The notes under the pieces are model-generated. The model was not told the origin of the DNA. It worked only from the letters and a program-made list of their open reading frames with translations, and did not search any database. From contig CP092821.1 in NCBI GenBank assembly GCA_022530585.1, forward strand, positions 326,222 through 390,221: DNA of 64,000 bases, written 5' to 3'. The stretch comes from Candidatus Nealsonbacteria bacterium DGGOD1a. Lineage in GTDB: Bacteria > Patescibacteriota > Minisyncoccia > Minisyncoccales > UBA5738. Positions 45,440 through 55,200 of this stretch are shown here, one piece after another. The first letter of the stretch is position 1. Every line of letters begins with the position of its first letter. The position numbers were made by a program, and so were the translations under genes.

Positions 45440-45703
45440 GCGTTATACATATTGCATTTTTTTGCAGATATGCGACAATTAACGAGTCGCATCAATGATA
45501 GCGTTTATCGGTAACGGCTAAGCCTTTTTTGTTAAAACCCGAGTTTTCGGAGGTTTTAGGTAAAAAGGGGCGATGGTTCCAATTTGCTTAACCGTTTGGT
45601 AAGCGTTATCATTGGGCGACAACCATCGTCCCTTTTTGGCAAAATAAAATCATAATCATTATATAATTTTTGCTATCGCAAAAAATACATAATCAAAAAA
45701 CTT

Positions 45704-48700
45704 ATGGCAAAAGAAAAAGCAAATAAAAATTTTAATGACTTTAAAAATATTTTTCCACTATCAAAAACTCGAAAGTTTTCGTTAATTCCTGTTTTAAACA
45801 TAGAGCAAGAAAGGCGAATATGCATAGAAAAAGGATATTCAAATAAAGATGAAATTACAAGACAAAACAGAGTTGAAAAATTTTTTAAAGATAATAATCA
45901 AGATATTTTTAATGTTGATATTGAAAGAAAAAAACGATATCAAGCGCTTAAGTATTATTTAACTGAATTGCATAAGCTCTTTATTAAGGATTCTTTGGAA
46001 ATGATTAAAAGAAACAACGATATTAATTTTTCTAATCTTTTTGAATTATATATAGGATATGAAGCTTCTAATAATGAAAAAAAAAGAAAGGTTATAGGAA
46101 AAATTAACAATGAAAAGGTTAGATTGGCTAAATATTTTGGAGATAAAGAAGGCAAGGGCGGGGTATTCCAAAAAATAGCGAAAAGATATTACGAATATCT
46201 GGAAAAAAATTTAAGGAATAATGAAAAAATTAAGGGTGGCGATGATAAGCAGAAATTTGCCGATGGGACAAAAAATATTTTGATCTCCCAAAATGTTTTG
46301 ATGATTTTAAGTAAAAAGATAAATGATGGCAGTATTCGGGAAAAAAAAGAGAAAAATCAAGGTAAAGAAAATGAATATGCAATTAAATTCAAAACAAAAG
46401 AAAATAAAGATCAGGAAACAAATTTAGTTGAATATTTTGGTGGATGGTCTACATATTTTAAGAACTTTAATGAGATCAGGGGCAATCTTTATAAAGATGA
46501 AGGAAGAAGACAAGGTGATGAGGGGGATGATGAAACGGGAGAGAAGCTTGTAAAGGCAAATTCAGGACAATTAACAACGCGGATTTTAGACGAAAATTTC
46601 GAGATTTTTGTAAAAAACGCATTTTTGGCAGAAAAAAATAAAATTGACTTAGGTTTAACGGATTATCAAAAGAAGAATGTGATTGCTAATCATAATATTT
46701 TTGAGCCCGATTATTATGCAAATTGCTTATTGCAAGCTGACATAAACACCTATAACGCGGCCATTGCTGAACTTAATAAACTGTTTAACGAGAAAAAAGG
46801 AAAAAAGAAGATTGATTATCTTGAACCATTGTATAAGCAGTTATTATTATCCGATGGCCTTGAGGAGTTTGAAAATGGATATATCAATGAATTTAACAAC
46901 GATTCTGATCTAATTGAGGGATTGGAAAAATTTTATAGGCACGCTCGCGAAAAATTATCCATAGTTGGTAATTTCTTAAAGGATGGTCTAATTAACGGTG
47001 ATTTAGATTCCATACTGCTTAAGGAAAATCAAACGCATTATTATTGTAATATTTTTTTTGGATCGTGGTCGTATATAAGAGATTTGTATTATGAACAAAA
47101 CGGTATTGGTATAAAAAATAGACCCGATAAGAAAAGTGAATTAAAAGATAAGGATGGAAGAACAAAAATAGAGATTTCTTTGGCAGAGATAAAATCAATT
47201 TTAGATGGAATTAGCAAGGAGAGATTTCAAGAAGACATTAAAAATGCAATAGAGAACGCGAAACAGAGGTCAAGATCCGTATTTGATCTTCTAGGTGTTC
47301 ACGGCAGCGAAAAAATTTATAAAGAAGATAAAAGCAATTTTGAAAACTTCGTTTTGTTTTTTAAATTTTATTTTGATTCATTGTTGAATGGTAGAAATTT
47401 GTTGACTGAAAAAGAAAAGAAAGATAAGGAAAAAATTACCCAAATAAAATCATTCTTGCAAAAGTCAAAAACCGAAGGAGAGCGAGTAGATGAATTATTG
47501 ATGTCAAAATTTTCAGAAGCAAATTATTTGGCAAGCATTAACGCAAGTATTAATAAAAAACAAGAGGAATTCGAAAACGAATTTAAAGATTTAAGGCAAT
47601 CAATCAATCTAAAAAAGGGATTATCTCGAAGGAAAGATTTTGAATGCAAACAGGCGATAAACGATTATTGCGTTAGAATTTCCGATATTAACGGTTTTTT
47701 TGCTTTGTTTTCAATTCCAGAGGGTATTGTGGCTGACGGCGATAACGGAATAATCCAAAAGTTTAAAGATAAAAACGAAATAAATGCGCTTTTTGGTGCA
47801 ATCAGAAATTATATTACAAAGAAAGATGCCGGAAATGAAAAAATCAAGGTAACATTCGACAATCCAACATTTTTGGGTGGTTGGGCATATAAAACCACTG
47901 ATTATTGTTGCCGAATTTTGAAGAAACAAGATAATTATTATTTATTAATCATTGGCAAAGAAAAAAGTAAAAATAAAAACGATGTTAGCAAGCAAATAAA
48001 TGTTAATAGTCTCACCGGTTATCAAATGATGGATTATTATCAGCAAAAAGGCCAGACTATTTTTGGATCTGTTTATACGGGAAAATTTGATTCAAAATAT
48101 GGAGATGACAGGACGAAATTGAAGAATTCTGAATTTATAAAAAGAATAGAGCAAATTATTGATGGTCTTAATAGAGAATTTTGTAATGTGCAAAAAGTTA
48201 AAATGCATTTGGAAAGTTTAAAAGAAATGATTAGGGTTGGAAAGTTTAATTTTGGTATAACCGCATCTGATTTTGGCAAAGCTTTTCTTGGGAAAACTGA
48301 AAAATATTACCATCAATATAAAAATAAGAAAGGTATTCTTAATAAAGAAGATGTAATTATCAGTATTTTAAAAGAATTGTTTGGTAGTGAGATGTTTGAT
48401 TATGGACATGAAAAAGATTATTTAGTCAATCGGGTAAAAGAAATAATGAAAGAAGATGCCCCCAAAACGAGTTTTTTAGGGTCTGATTTATTGGCATATG
48501 AAGTTACTAAACTTGAGCCTTATTATTATAAAAATAACTTTAGGGAGATGGATTTCAAAAAAGACGGGATAGATGAAAAATTATTAGATAAAGAATTATT
48601 TATTTTCCAAATTTATTGCAAAGATTTTTCTTTGAAGAGGGGAAGTATAATTCCGAATCCAAAGAAAGATTTAAACACGCTTGAATTTGAGGAACTTTTC

Positions 48701-50176
48701 TCGATAGAGAATAGAGAAAAACCATTGTTTAGATTAGCTGGACAAGCCGAAGTTTTTTTCTATCCTCAAAAAGAAAGCTATAAGGTTGAGCGGTGGTCAA
48801 AAGATGACTTAAAAAATCCGAAAACCGATAAAATTCCGTATAAAAAAAGGCGATACGCGGAAAATCAAATTATTTTTCATATCCCAATAGTTGTGAATAA
48901 TATCAGCAATGGCGGCAATGTTGATAGGAAAATACACGAGTATATTCAACAAAGAAACGATGTAAAGATGTTGGGCATTGATCGTGGAGAAAGGGAGCTT
49001 GCTTATTGTTGCTTGCTTGATGGGAAAGGAGCGATTTGCGGCGATGTGAAATCAATGAATATTGTTGGCTCTAATATCAAAAATGGGATAAAACAGCCGA
49101 TAAACTACCAAAAGAAATTAGATATTAGAGAAAAGGAAAGATTAATGGCCAGACGATCTTGGACCAAGATTGAAAGCATCAAAGATATTAAGCGCGGCTA
49201 TGACGCGAATTTAATGCACGAAATTACGACGCTTATGGCTCAAGAGAACGCGCTGATTTGTTTGGAAGAATTAAATCGTGGATTTAAAAAAGATAGAACA
49301 AGGATCGAAAAGAGTATATACCAGCAATTTGAAAACGATTTAGTTAACAAATTAAATTATTTGGTGATTGAAAAATCACCTCAAGGAGTTAGAAACGCTT
49401 TGCAACTAACACCTCCAAATAGAGCTCAAAAGACTTGGGGTAATCAAATGGGCGCAATTTTTTATACAGATGCAAGATATACATCAAAAACTTGCCCTAA
49501 TTGTGGTTTTAGGCATAGAAGCGTTGGAGGACTGAAAACATCCCAAGAAATAAAGAATAAAATTGCCGCAAAAGAGCTTAGAATATCCTACGATAAAAAA
49601 TACGATAGATTTAGGATTGAGTATCATTGGAATTATGAATTTAAACAGAACAGTAAGCAATGCGAATTTGCAAGCAAAGATTTATACAATGGAGAAATGG
49701 AATATATTTTTTCAGATGTGAACCGAAGTCATTGGAATAATAATGATTTAAAGGATATTTTTAAAGATTACCTCATTGAGAATGAAGATTTGTTTTTGCT
49801 TGTAAAGAATGAGCCGAAATTCCGTTATGTTGATTTTGGTAAAGTATTTGTTAGTCTTACATGGATAAGGCATTCAGTTAAAGAGGGCGATCAAGAATAT
49901 GATGAAATTTCTTGTCCGAAATGCCATTTTTGGACAAGATCTCCAAAAGTTCAAAAAATTAAAGATGGAGATGCAAACGGGGCTTACAATATCGCCAGAA
50001 AAGGATTGATCATTTTGGATAAAATCAGGAGCGAAAAATTAAGAAATAAAATGAATACAAAAAACGGGATTAAGAGCAAGGGCTTAAAAATAAATCTTAA
50101 AGAATGGGATGAAGCAACTTATTCTCAATGGGATAGGAAAGATTGGGGCGAGAGCGATAATAAAAGAGGTTTATAA
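45704..50176 (+). CDS. cas12a: Type V-A CRISPR effector Cas12a (Cpf1), 1490 aa
   Basis: Family-typical motifs FPLSKTRKFSLIP, WSTYFKNFNEIRGNLY, FDNPTFLGGW, LFIFQIYCKDFS, IIFHIPI. Split RuvC: GIDRGE (D1093), ICLEELNRGFK (E1188), DGDANGAYNIARKG (D1423). No HNH. cas4-cas1-cas2 and a Cas12a-type repeat array lie downstream. Confidence 0.95.
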   Translation: MAKEKANKNFNDFKNIFPLSKTRKFSLIPVLNIEQERRICIEKGYSNKDEITRQNRVEKFFKDNNQDIFNVDIERKKRYQALKYYLTELHKLFIKDSLEMIKRNNDINFSNLFELYIGYEASNNEKKRKVIGKINNEKVRLAKYFGDKEGKGGVFQKIAKRYYEYLEKNLRNNEKIKGGDDKQKFADGTKNILISQNVLMILSKKINDGSIREKKEKNQGKENEYAIKFKTKENKDQETNLVEYFGGWSTYFKNFNEIRGNLYKDEGRRQGDEGDDETGEKLVKANSGQLTTRILDENFEIFVKNAFLAEKNKIDLGLTDYQKKNVIANHNIFEPDYYANCLLQADINTYNAAIAELNKLFNEKKGKKKIDYLEPLYKQLLLSDGLEEFENGYINEFNNDSDLIEGLEKFYRHAREKLSIVGNFLKDGLINGDLDSILLKENQTHYYCNIFFGSWSYIRDLYYEQNGIGIKNRPDKKSELKDKDGRTKIEISLAEIKSILDGISKERFQEDIKNAIENAKQRSRSVFDLLGVHGSEKIYKEDKSNFENFVLFFKFYFDSLLNGRNLLTEKEKKDKEKITQIKSFLQKSKTEGERVDELLMSKFSEANYLASINASINKKQEEFENEFKDLRQSINLKKGLSRRKDFECKQAINDYCVRISDINGFFALFSIPEGIVADGDNGIIQKFKDKNEINALFGAIRNYITKKDAGNEKIKVTFDNPTFLGGWAYKTTDYCCRILKKQDNYYLLIIGKEKSKNKNDVSKQINVNSLTGYQMMDYYQQKGQTIFGSVYTGKFDSKYGDDRTKLKNSEFIKRIEQIIDGLNREFCNVQKVKMHLESLKEMIRVGKFNFGITASDFGKAFLGKTEKYYHQYKNKKGILNKEDVIISILKELFGSEMFDYGHEKDYLVNRVKEIMKEDAPKTSFLGSDLLAYEVTKLEPYYYKNNFREMDFKKDGIDEKLLDKELFIFQIYCKDFSLKRGSIIPNPKKDLNTLEFEELFSIENREKPLFRLAGQAEVFFYPQKESYKVERWSKDDLKNPKTDKIPYKKRRYAENQIIFHIPIVVNNISNGGNVDRKIHEYIQQRNDVKMLGIDRGERELAYCCLLDGKGAICGDVKSMNIVGSNIKNGIKQPINYQKKLDIREKERLMARRSWTKIESIKDIKRGYDANLMHEITTLMAQENALICLEELNRGFKKDRTRIEKSIYQQFENDLVNKLNYLVIEKSPQGVRNALQLTPPNRAQKTWGNQMGAIFYTDARYTSKTCPNCGFRHRSVGGLKTSQEIKNKIAAKELRISYDKKYDRFRIEYHWNYEFKQNSKQCEFASKDLYNGEMEYIFSDVNRSHWNNNDLKDIFKDYLIENEDLFLLVKNEPKFRYVDFGKVFVSLTWIRHSVKEGDQEYDEISCPKCHFWTRSPKVQKIKDGDANGAYNIARKGLIILDKIRSEKLRNKMNTKNGIKSKGLKINLKEWDEATYSQWDRKDWGESDNKRGL

Positions 50177-50183
50177 AAATTCA

Positions 50184-50723
50184 ATGGAGGATTATATTCA
50201 GATTTCCAAGATAAATGATTTTGTGTTTTGTCCGTATTCGATTTATTTGCATTCGGTATACGAGAATTTCAACGCCAAAACCTATCATCGGACGGCGCAG
50301 ACCGTGGGCAAGATCGCGCACAGGCCGGTTGATGGCGGAACATACACGACCAGCGCGCGAGTGTTGCAGGGAATGGAAGTTTGTTGCGAGCGGCTGGGGA
50401 TTATGGGTAAAATCGACACATTTGATGCCGAAAGCGGATTGCTGGTGGAGCGCAAATACAAGATCAAAAAGATTTTTGACGGTTATCGCTACCAGCTCTA
50501 CGCGCAAATGTTTTGTTTGCGGGAAATGGGTTATGAAGTGAAATCGCTGGCGATCCAATCGCTGGCGGATAACAAGCGGTATAAAATTTCTTTGCCGGAC
50601 GCACAAGAAACCGCGAAGTTTGAAGAATTGATTGAAGCAATGAAGAATTACCGGCCGAGTCCGCCGGAGAATAAAAATCCGGCAAAATGCGCGCAATGCG
50701 TTTATAAGCCGCTGTGCCATTAA
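50184..50723 (+). CDS. cas4: Cas4 (RecB-like nuclease with 4-Cys Fe-S cluster)
   Basis: N-terminal FCPYS Cys, GKIDTF..LVERKYK (D..ExK), QLYAQM, C-terminal CAQCVYKPLC. ATG is 8 nt after the cas12a stop. Confidence 0.9.
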   Translation: MEDYIQISKINDFVFCPYSIYLHSVYENFNAKTYHRTAQTVGKIAHRPVDGGTYTTSARVLQGMEVCCERLGIMGKIDTFDAESGLLVERKYKIKKIFDGYRYQLYAQMFCLREMGYEVKSLAIQSLADNKRYKISLPDAQETAKFEELIEAMKNYRPSPPENKNPAKCAQCVYKPLCH

Positions 50724-50737
50724 AGAAATTTTCGCGA

Positions 50738-50773
50738 GGGACTAACCCTCGTGATTACTCGAGGGATAGACCC
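50738..50773. repeat. Family A hairpin module inserted between cas4 and cas1
   Basis: GGGACTAACCCTCGTGATTACTCGAGGGATAGACCC is about 85% identical by eye to 8273-8306. Confidence 0.8.
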
Positions 50774-50783
50774 CCGCGAAAAT

Positions 50784-51734
50784 ATGTTGAGTTTGCCTGA
50801 TTTCAAAGAAAAACAATTGTTGTTTGTGAGCGCCAAGAATGCCGAGATTGAAAAGATCAAGTTTTTGAATGACAATATCTGCTTGTCAAAGGACGGAAAA
50901 ATCGTCAACCGGATTTCGTGCCACAAGGTTTTCGCGCTGTTTTTGATCGGCGATTGTTCGCTTACCAGCGTGTTGGTCCGCAATTGCGCCGATTACGGCG
51001 TGTCGATTTTTCTTTTAAAAAATAATTTCTTGAATTATGCGCGGTTGTTGGCGCAAGCGGACGGGAATTATTTGTTGCGCGAAAGGCAATACGCGGCGAC
51101 CGAAGAGCAAGAGCTGGCGGCGGCAAAAATTTTGGTGGCGAATAAAATTTCAAACCAGATTTGCTTGCTGGAAAGTTCGGACGGTAAAGACGCGGCGTTA
51201 TCTTTGGAAAAAATAAAGGCAAAAATCAAAAACGCGCGAAACGGCAAGGATTTGCTTGGATTGGAAGGCGCGGCGGGCAAATTTTTCTTTCAAAGTTATT
51301 TCAAAAATTTGGAATGGAAACGGCGTTTGCCGCGGGCAAAGATTGATATTCCGAATTATTTGATGGATATGGGCTATACGATGCTGTTTAATTTTGTTGA
51401 GGCAATGCTGGGGATATACGGGTTTGATGTCTATCGCGGGTTTTACCACAAGCTGTTTTTTCAGCGCAAATCGCTGGCGTGCGATTTGATGGAGCCGTTT
51501 CGGTGCGTGATTGATAAGCAGATCATGAAATCCCATAATTTGGGGCAGATAAAGGCCAATGATTTCAAATTGAGCAAAGGCGTCTATGGCTTGGGATTTG
51601 AAGAGCAGAAGAAATACGCGGAGATTTTCGCGCAGGCGATTATGGATCGCAGAGAAGACATTTTTTGCTACGCGCGCGATTATTACTATTTTACGATTAA
51701 CGGCGCGGAATTTCCGGCATTTAAGATGAAATGA
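50784..51734 (+). CDS. cas1: Cas1 integrase
   Basis: LLGLEGAAGKFFF (Glu), GFYH (His), LACDLMEPFR (Asp/Glu). The ATG at 50784 is preferred over GTG 50751, which lies inside the palindromic element. Confidence 0.9.
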   Translation: MLSLPDFKEKQLLFVSAKNAEIEKIKFLNDNICLSKDGKIVNRISCHKVFALFLIGDCSLTSVLVRNCADYGVSIFLLKNNFLNYARLLAQADGNYLLRERQYAATEEQELAAAKILVANKISNQICLLESSDGKDAALSLEKIKAKIKNARNGKDLLGLEGAAGKFFFQSYFKNLEWKRRLPRAKIDIPNYLMDMGYTMLFNFVEAMLGIYGFDVYRGFYHKLFFQRKSLACDLMEPFRCVIDKQIMKSHNLGQIKANDFKLSKGVYGLGFEEQKKYAEIFAQAIMDRREDIFCYARDYYYFTINGAEFPAFKMK

Positions 51735-51735
51735 T

Positions 51736-52014
51736 ATGTTTATAGTTTCTTATGATTTCGAAGATACGCGCCGCCGGACGAAATTCTCGAATCTTTTGAA
51801 AAAATACGGCCGGCGATTGCAATACTCGGTTTTTGAGATAAAAAACAGCCAGCGGATATTGGATAACATCCAAAAAGAGATTGATATGAAATATAAGCCG
51901 TACTTTACGAAAAACGACAGTATTGTTATAATTTATGTGTGCGAGGCGTGCAAAGCCAAAGTCAAGCGATATGGTTATGCCGCCAACGAAGAAAAGGAAG
52001 TGGTGTTCTTCTAA
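51736..52014 (+). CDS. cas2: Cas2
   Basis: 92 aa. MFIVSYDFEDTRRRTKFSNLLKKYGRRLQYSVFE is the canonical Cas2 N-terminus. Starts 1 nt after the cas1 stop. Confidence 0.9.
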   Translation: MFIVSYDFEDTRRRTKFSNLLKKYGRRLQYSVFEIKNSQRILDNIQKEIDMKYKPYFTKNDSIVIIYVCEACKAKVKRYGYAANEEKEVVFF

Positions 52015-52201
52015 AATTGAATAGATACAAAACAAAAAGTAGCAAATTGGTGGAAATTGCAGTGTATCTATTAGAAATCTAGCTTTTTGAGGTTATTAAA
52101 CCTCGGTCTTTATGGATTTTCCAACTTTAACCGGCTTTAAGTCGTTAATCAAATTTTATCGGTTAATCGCATCTTTCAAGCCGGTTAAAGCTAATCCAGC
52201 T
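52015..52201 (+). promoter_or_regulatory. CRISPR leader
   Basis: 187-nt AT-rich non-coding stretch between cas2 and repeat 1. Contains hairpin GAGGTT-ATTA-AACCTC and an 11-bp inverted repeat, TTAACCGGCTT (52127-52137) with AAGCCGGTTAA (52178-52188), ending 13 nt before repeat 1. Confidence 0.65.
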
Positions 52202-55200
52202 CTCTAATAGGCATATTCAATTTCTACTTTTGTAGATAACAATGTGAAATTGATTTATTTGAACTCTAATAGGCATATTCAATTTCTACTTTTGTAGATT
52301 GACGGGTAAGTTCGCCATTCCTTTAATACTCTAATAGGCATATTCAATTTCTACTTTTGTAGATCTCCAACGCTTCACCTCCGAAATAAGCTCTAATAGG
52401 CATATTCAATTTCTACTTTTGTAGATTCCGCGCAATAATTTAGCTTCCAAATCTCTAATAGGCATATTCAATTTCTACTTTTGTAGATGTGGGAAATAGG
52501 GTTCTGCTGCCGCGGGACTCTAATAGGCATATTCAATTTCTACTTTTGTAGATATTACACAGCACGAAGATAAACACGCCTCTAATAGGCATATTCAATT
52601 TCTACTTTTGTAGATAAAAGTCAAGTATCTGTTTTTTATTTTCTCTAATAGGCATATTCAATTTCTACTTTTGTAGATGAAAGGGTTGAGCGATGATGGA
52701 TCAACTCTAATAGGCATATTCAATTTCTACTTTTGTAGATCTATGAATTGAAATACTTGTGGGGACTCTAATAGGCATATTCAATTTCTACTTTTGTAGA
52801 TGGAAAGCGCGATGATGTGGAACATACTCTAATAGGCATATTCAATTTCTACTTTTGTAGATTCCTCCGGTGTCAACTCTTTGTCCCATCTCTAATAGGC
52901 ATATTCAATTTCTACTTTTGTAGATATGAAAAATTTGCGTGGAGTGCGAGGACTCTAATAGGCATATTCAATTTCTACTTTTGTAGATGGTTAACGCTTT
53001 TTTGCCGCGGAACCTCTAATAGGCATATTCAATTTCTACTTTTGTAGATCTTCTCAACGGTAACGGCAGTTTCTACTCTAATAGGCATATTCAATTTCTA
53101 CTTTTGTAGATACGACGCCATCGGATTTATTCATAACTCTAATAGGCATATTCAATTTCTACTTTTGTAGATATGAACAGGTTGAAGCCTGTCCCTCGCT
53201 CTAATAGGCATATTCAATTTCTACTTTTGTAGATATGCCGACAATCAGATTCCGTTTGAGCTCTAATAGGCATATTCAATTTCTACTTTTGTAGATGAAA
53301 TCGGGTAACTCAACAAAAGCGTCTCTAATAGGCATATTCAATTTCTACTTTTGTAGATTTATTGATTTTGTTTTAGCGTGGATTCTCTAATAGGCATATT
53401 CAATTTCTACTTTTGTAGATTCAAGAGCCATCTTGTAATTATTTTTTACTCTAATAGGCATATTCAATTTCTACTTTTGTAGATGTAAAAAATTGTGCCA
53501 ATGGTGGCGTCTCTAATAGGCATATTCAATTTCTACTTTTGTAGATGTTGTCGGAGCTTTCCTGCCTTCTGACTCTAATAGGCATATTCAATTTCTACTT
53601 TTGTAGATCCAAGCGGCGAGCGCACAAGACCTTGAGTCTCTAATAGGCATATTCAATTTCTACTTTTGTAGATAAAGAGCGCACAGCGATAAGATGTTGT
53701 CTCTAATAGGCATATTCAATTTCTACTTTTGTAGATCTCAAAAAGCGGGGGATGTCGTTCAACTCTAATAGGCATATTCAATTTCTACTTTTGTAGATAA
53801 CACTAATCCCGTGCTTACCGGAGCGACTCTAATAGGCATATTCAATTTCTACTTTTGTAGATATCTGATAATTTGTTCATTTTGTTTTGACTCTAATAGG
53901 CATATTCAATTTCTACTTTTGTAGATAATACGAAGCCGCGATTGCCCCGATACTCTAATAGGCATATTCAATTTCTACTTTTGTAGATTCTATTATTGGA
54001 GGGGTGGTTGATAACTCTAATAGGCATATTCAATTTCTACTTTTGTAGATTCGCTGGTTTAGTTAGCCAGAGATTGACTCTAATAGGCATATTCAATTTC
54101 TACTTTTGTAGATTGCAATAATCGTTATTAACAATTATTCTCTAATAGGCATATTCAATTTCTACTTTTGTAGATTCTATGTGTGCGAACGGGGTATTGT
54201 CTCTAATAGGCATATTCAATTTCTACTTTTGTAGATTAAAAATCTTCTTCTTGTTCCGCTTTCTCTCTAATAGGCATATTCAATTTCTACTTTTGTAGAT
54301 GAATCCCGCTGTTCTTGATTTCTGTGTCTCTAATAGGCATATTCAATTTCTACTTTTGTAGATTTGGCCAATACAACTGATGAATGGTTTCTCTAATAGG
54401 CATATTCAATTTCTACTTTTGTAGATTTTGCCCCGCCGGATACCACCCATTTCCTCTAATAGGCATATTCAATTTCTACTTTTGTAGATTGTACAAACCA
54501 AATAAAGAGGAAATAACTCTAATAGGCATATTCAATTTCTACTTTTGTAGATTTCGTGTGTCGCGAATTTCGAATGTTCTCTAATAGGCATATTCAATTT
54601 CTACTTTTGTAGATATTGACCCGCACTTTTCTTACGGCGAGCTCTAATAGGCATATTCAATTTCTACTTTTGTAGATTCTCCCAAGAGCAAATAATAATG
54701 ATAACTCTAATAGGCATATTCAATTTCTACTTTTGTAGATCGAAGCCTTCCGAAAATTCTATTGGACTCTAATAGGCATATTCAATTTCTACTTTTGTAG
54801 ATTCGCCGATACAATACCACCATATTTTCTCTAATAGGCATATTCAATTTCTACTTTTGTAGATCTTAATTCGCTTACTCTTGCCATTACTCTAATAGGC
54901 ATATTCAATTTCTACTTTTGTAGATTCAAAACAGAATAAAAAAATAATCAACTCTAATAGGCATATTCAATTTCTACTTTTGTAGATGGCGACAGCATAA
55001 TGGCCTTCACGCTCTCTAATAGGCATATTCAATTTCTACTTTTGTAGATACTCCGGCAACCCTATGCCCCGAATTCTCTAATAGGCATATTCAATTTCTA
55101 CTTTTGTAGATGGCGGGGATGGCGGTTATGTGTGCGCTCTAATAGGCATATTCAATTTCTACTTTTGTAGATTTATTCTTTCCGGCGATTGCCACCAACT

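Noticed and set aside
50109-50183. Cas4 N-terminal extension overlapping the end of cas12a (ORF-track start 50109)
   Set aside because: The Cas4-like sequence begins at MEDYIQISKINDFVFCPYS (ATG 50184), 8 nt after the cas12a stop. The upstream 25 codons merely read through the cas12a 3' end in another frame.
50751-50783. GTG 50751 as the cas1 start
   Set aside because: The GTG lies inside the family A palindromic module. ATG 50784 immediately follows the hairpin and gives a normal Cas1 N-terminus. Confidence is moderate only.
52817-54584. ORF-track entries 52817..53047 and 54384..54584 (peptides with recurring LIGIFNFYFCR)
   Set aside because: They are translations of the CRISPR repeats and spacers. 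The periodic identical peptide is an artefact of the 36-nt repeat, not coding sequence.
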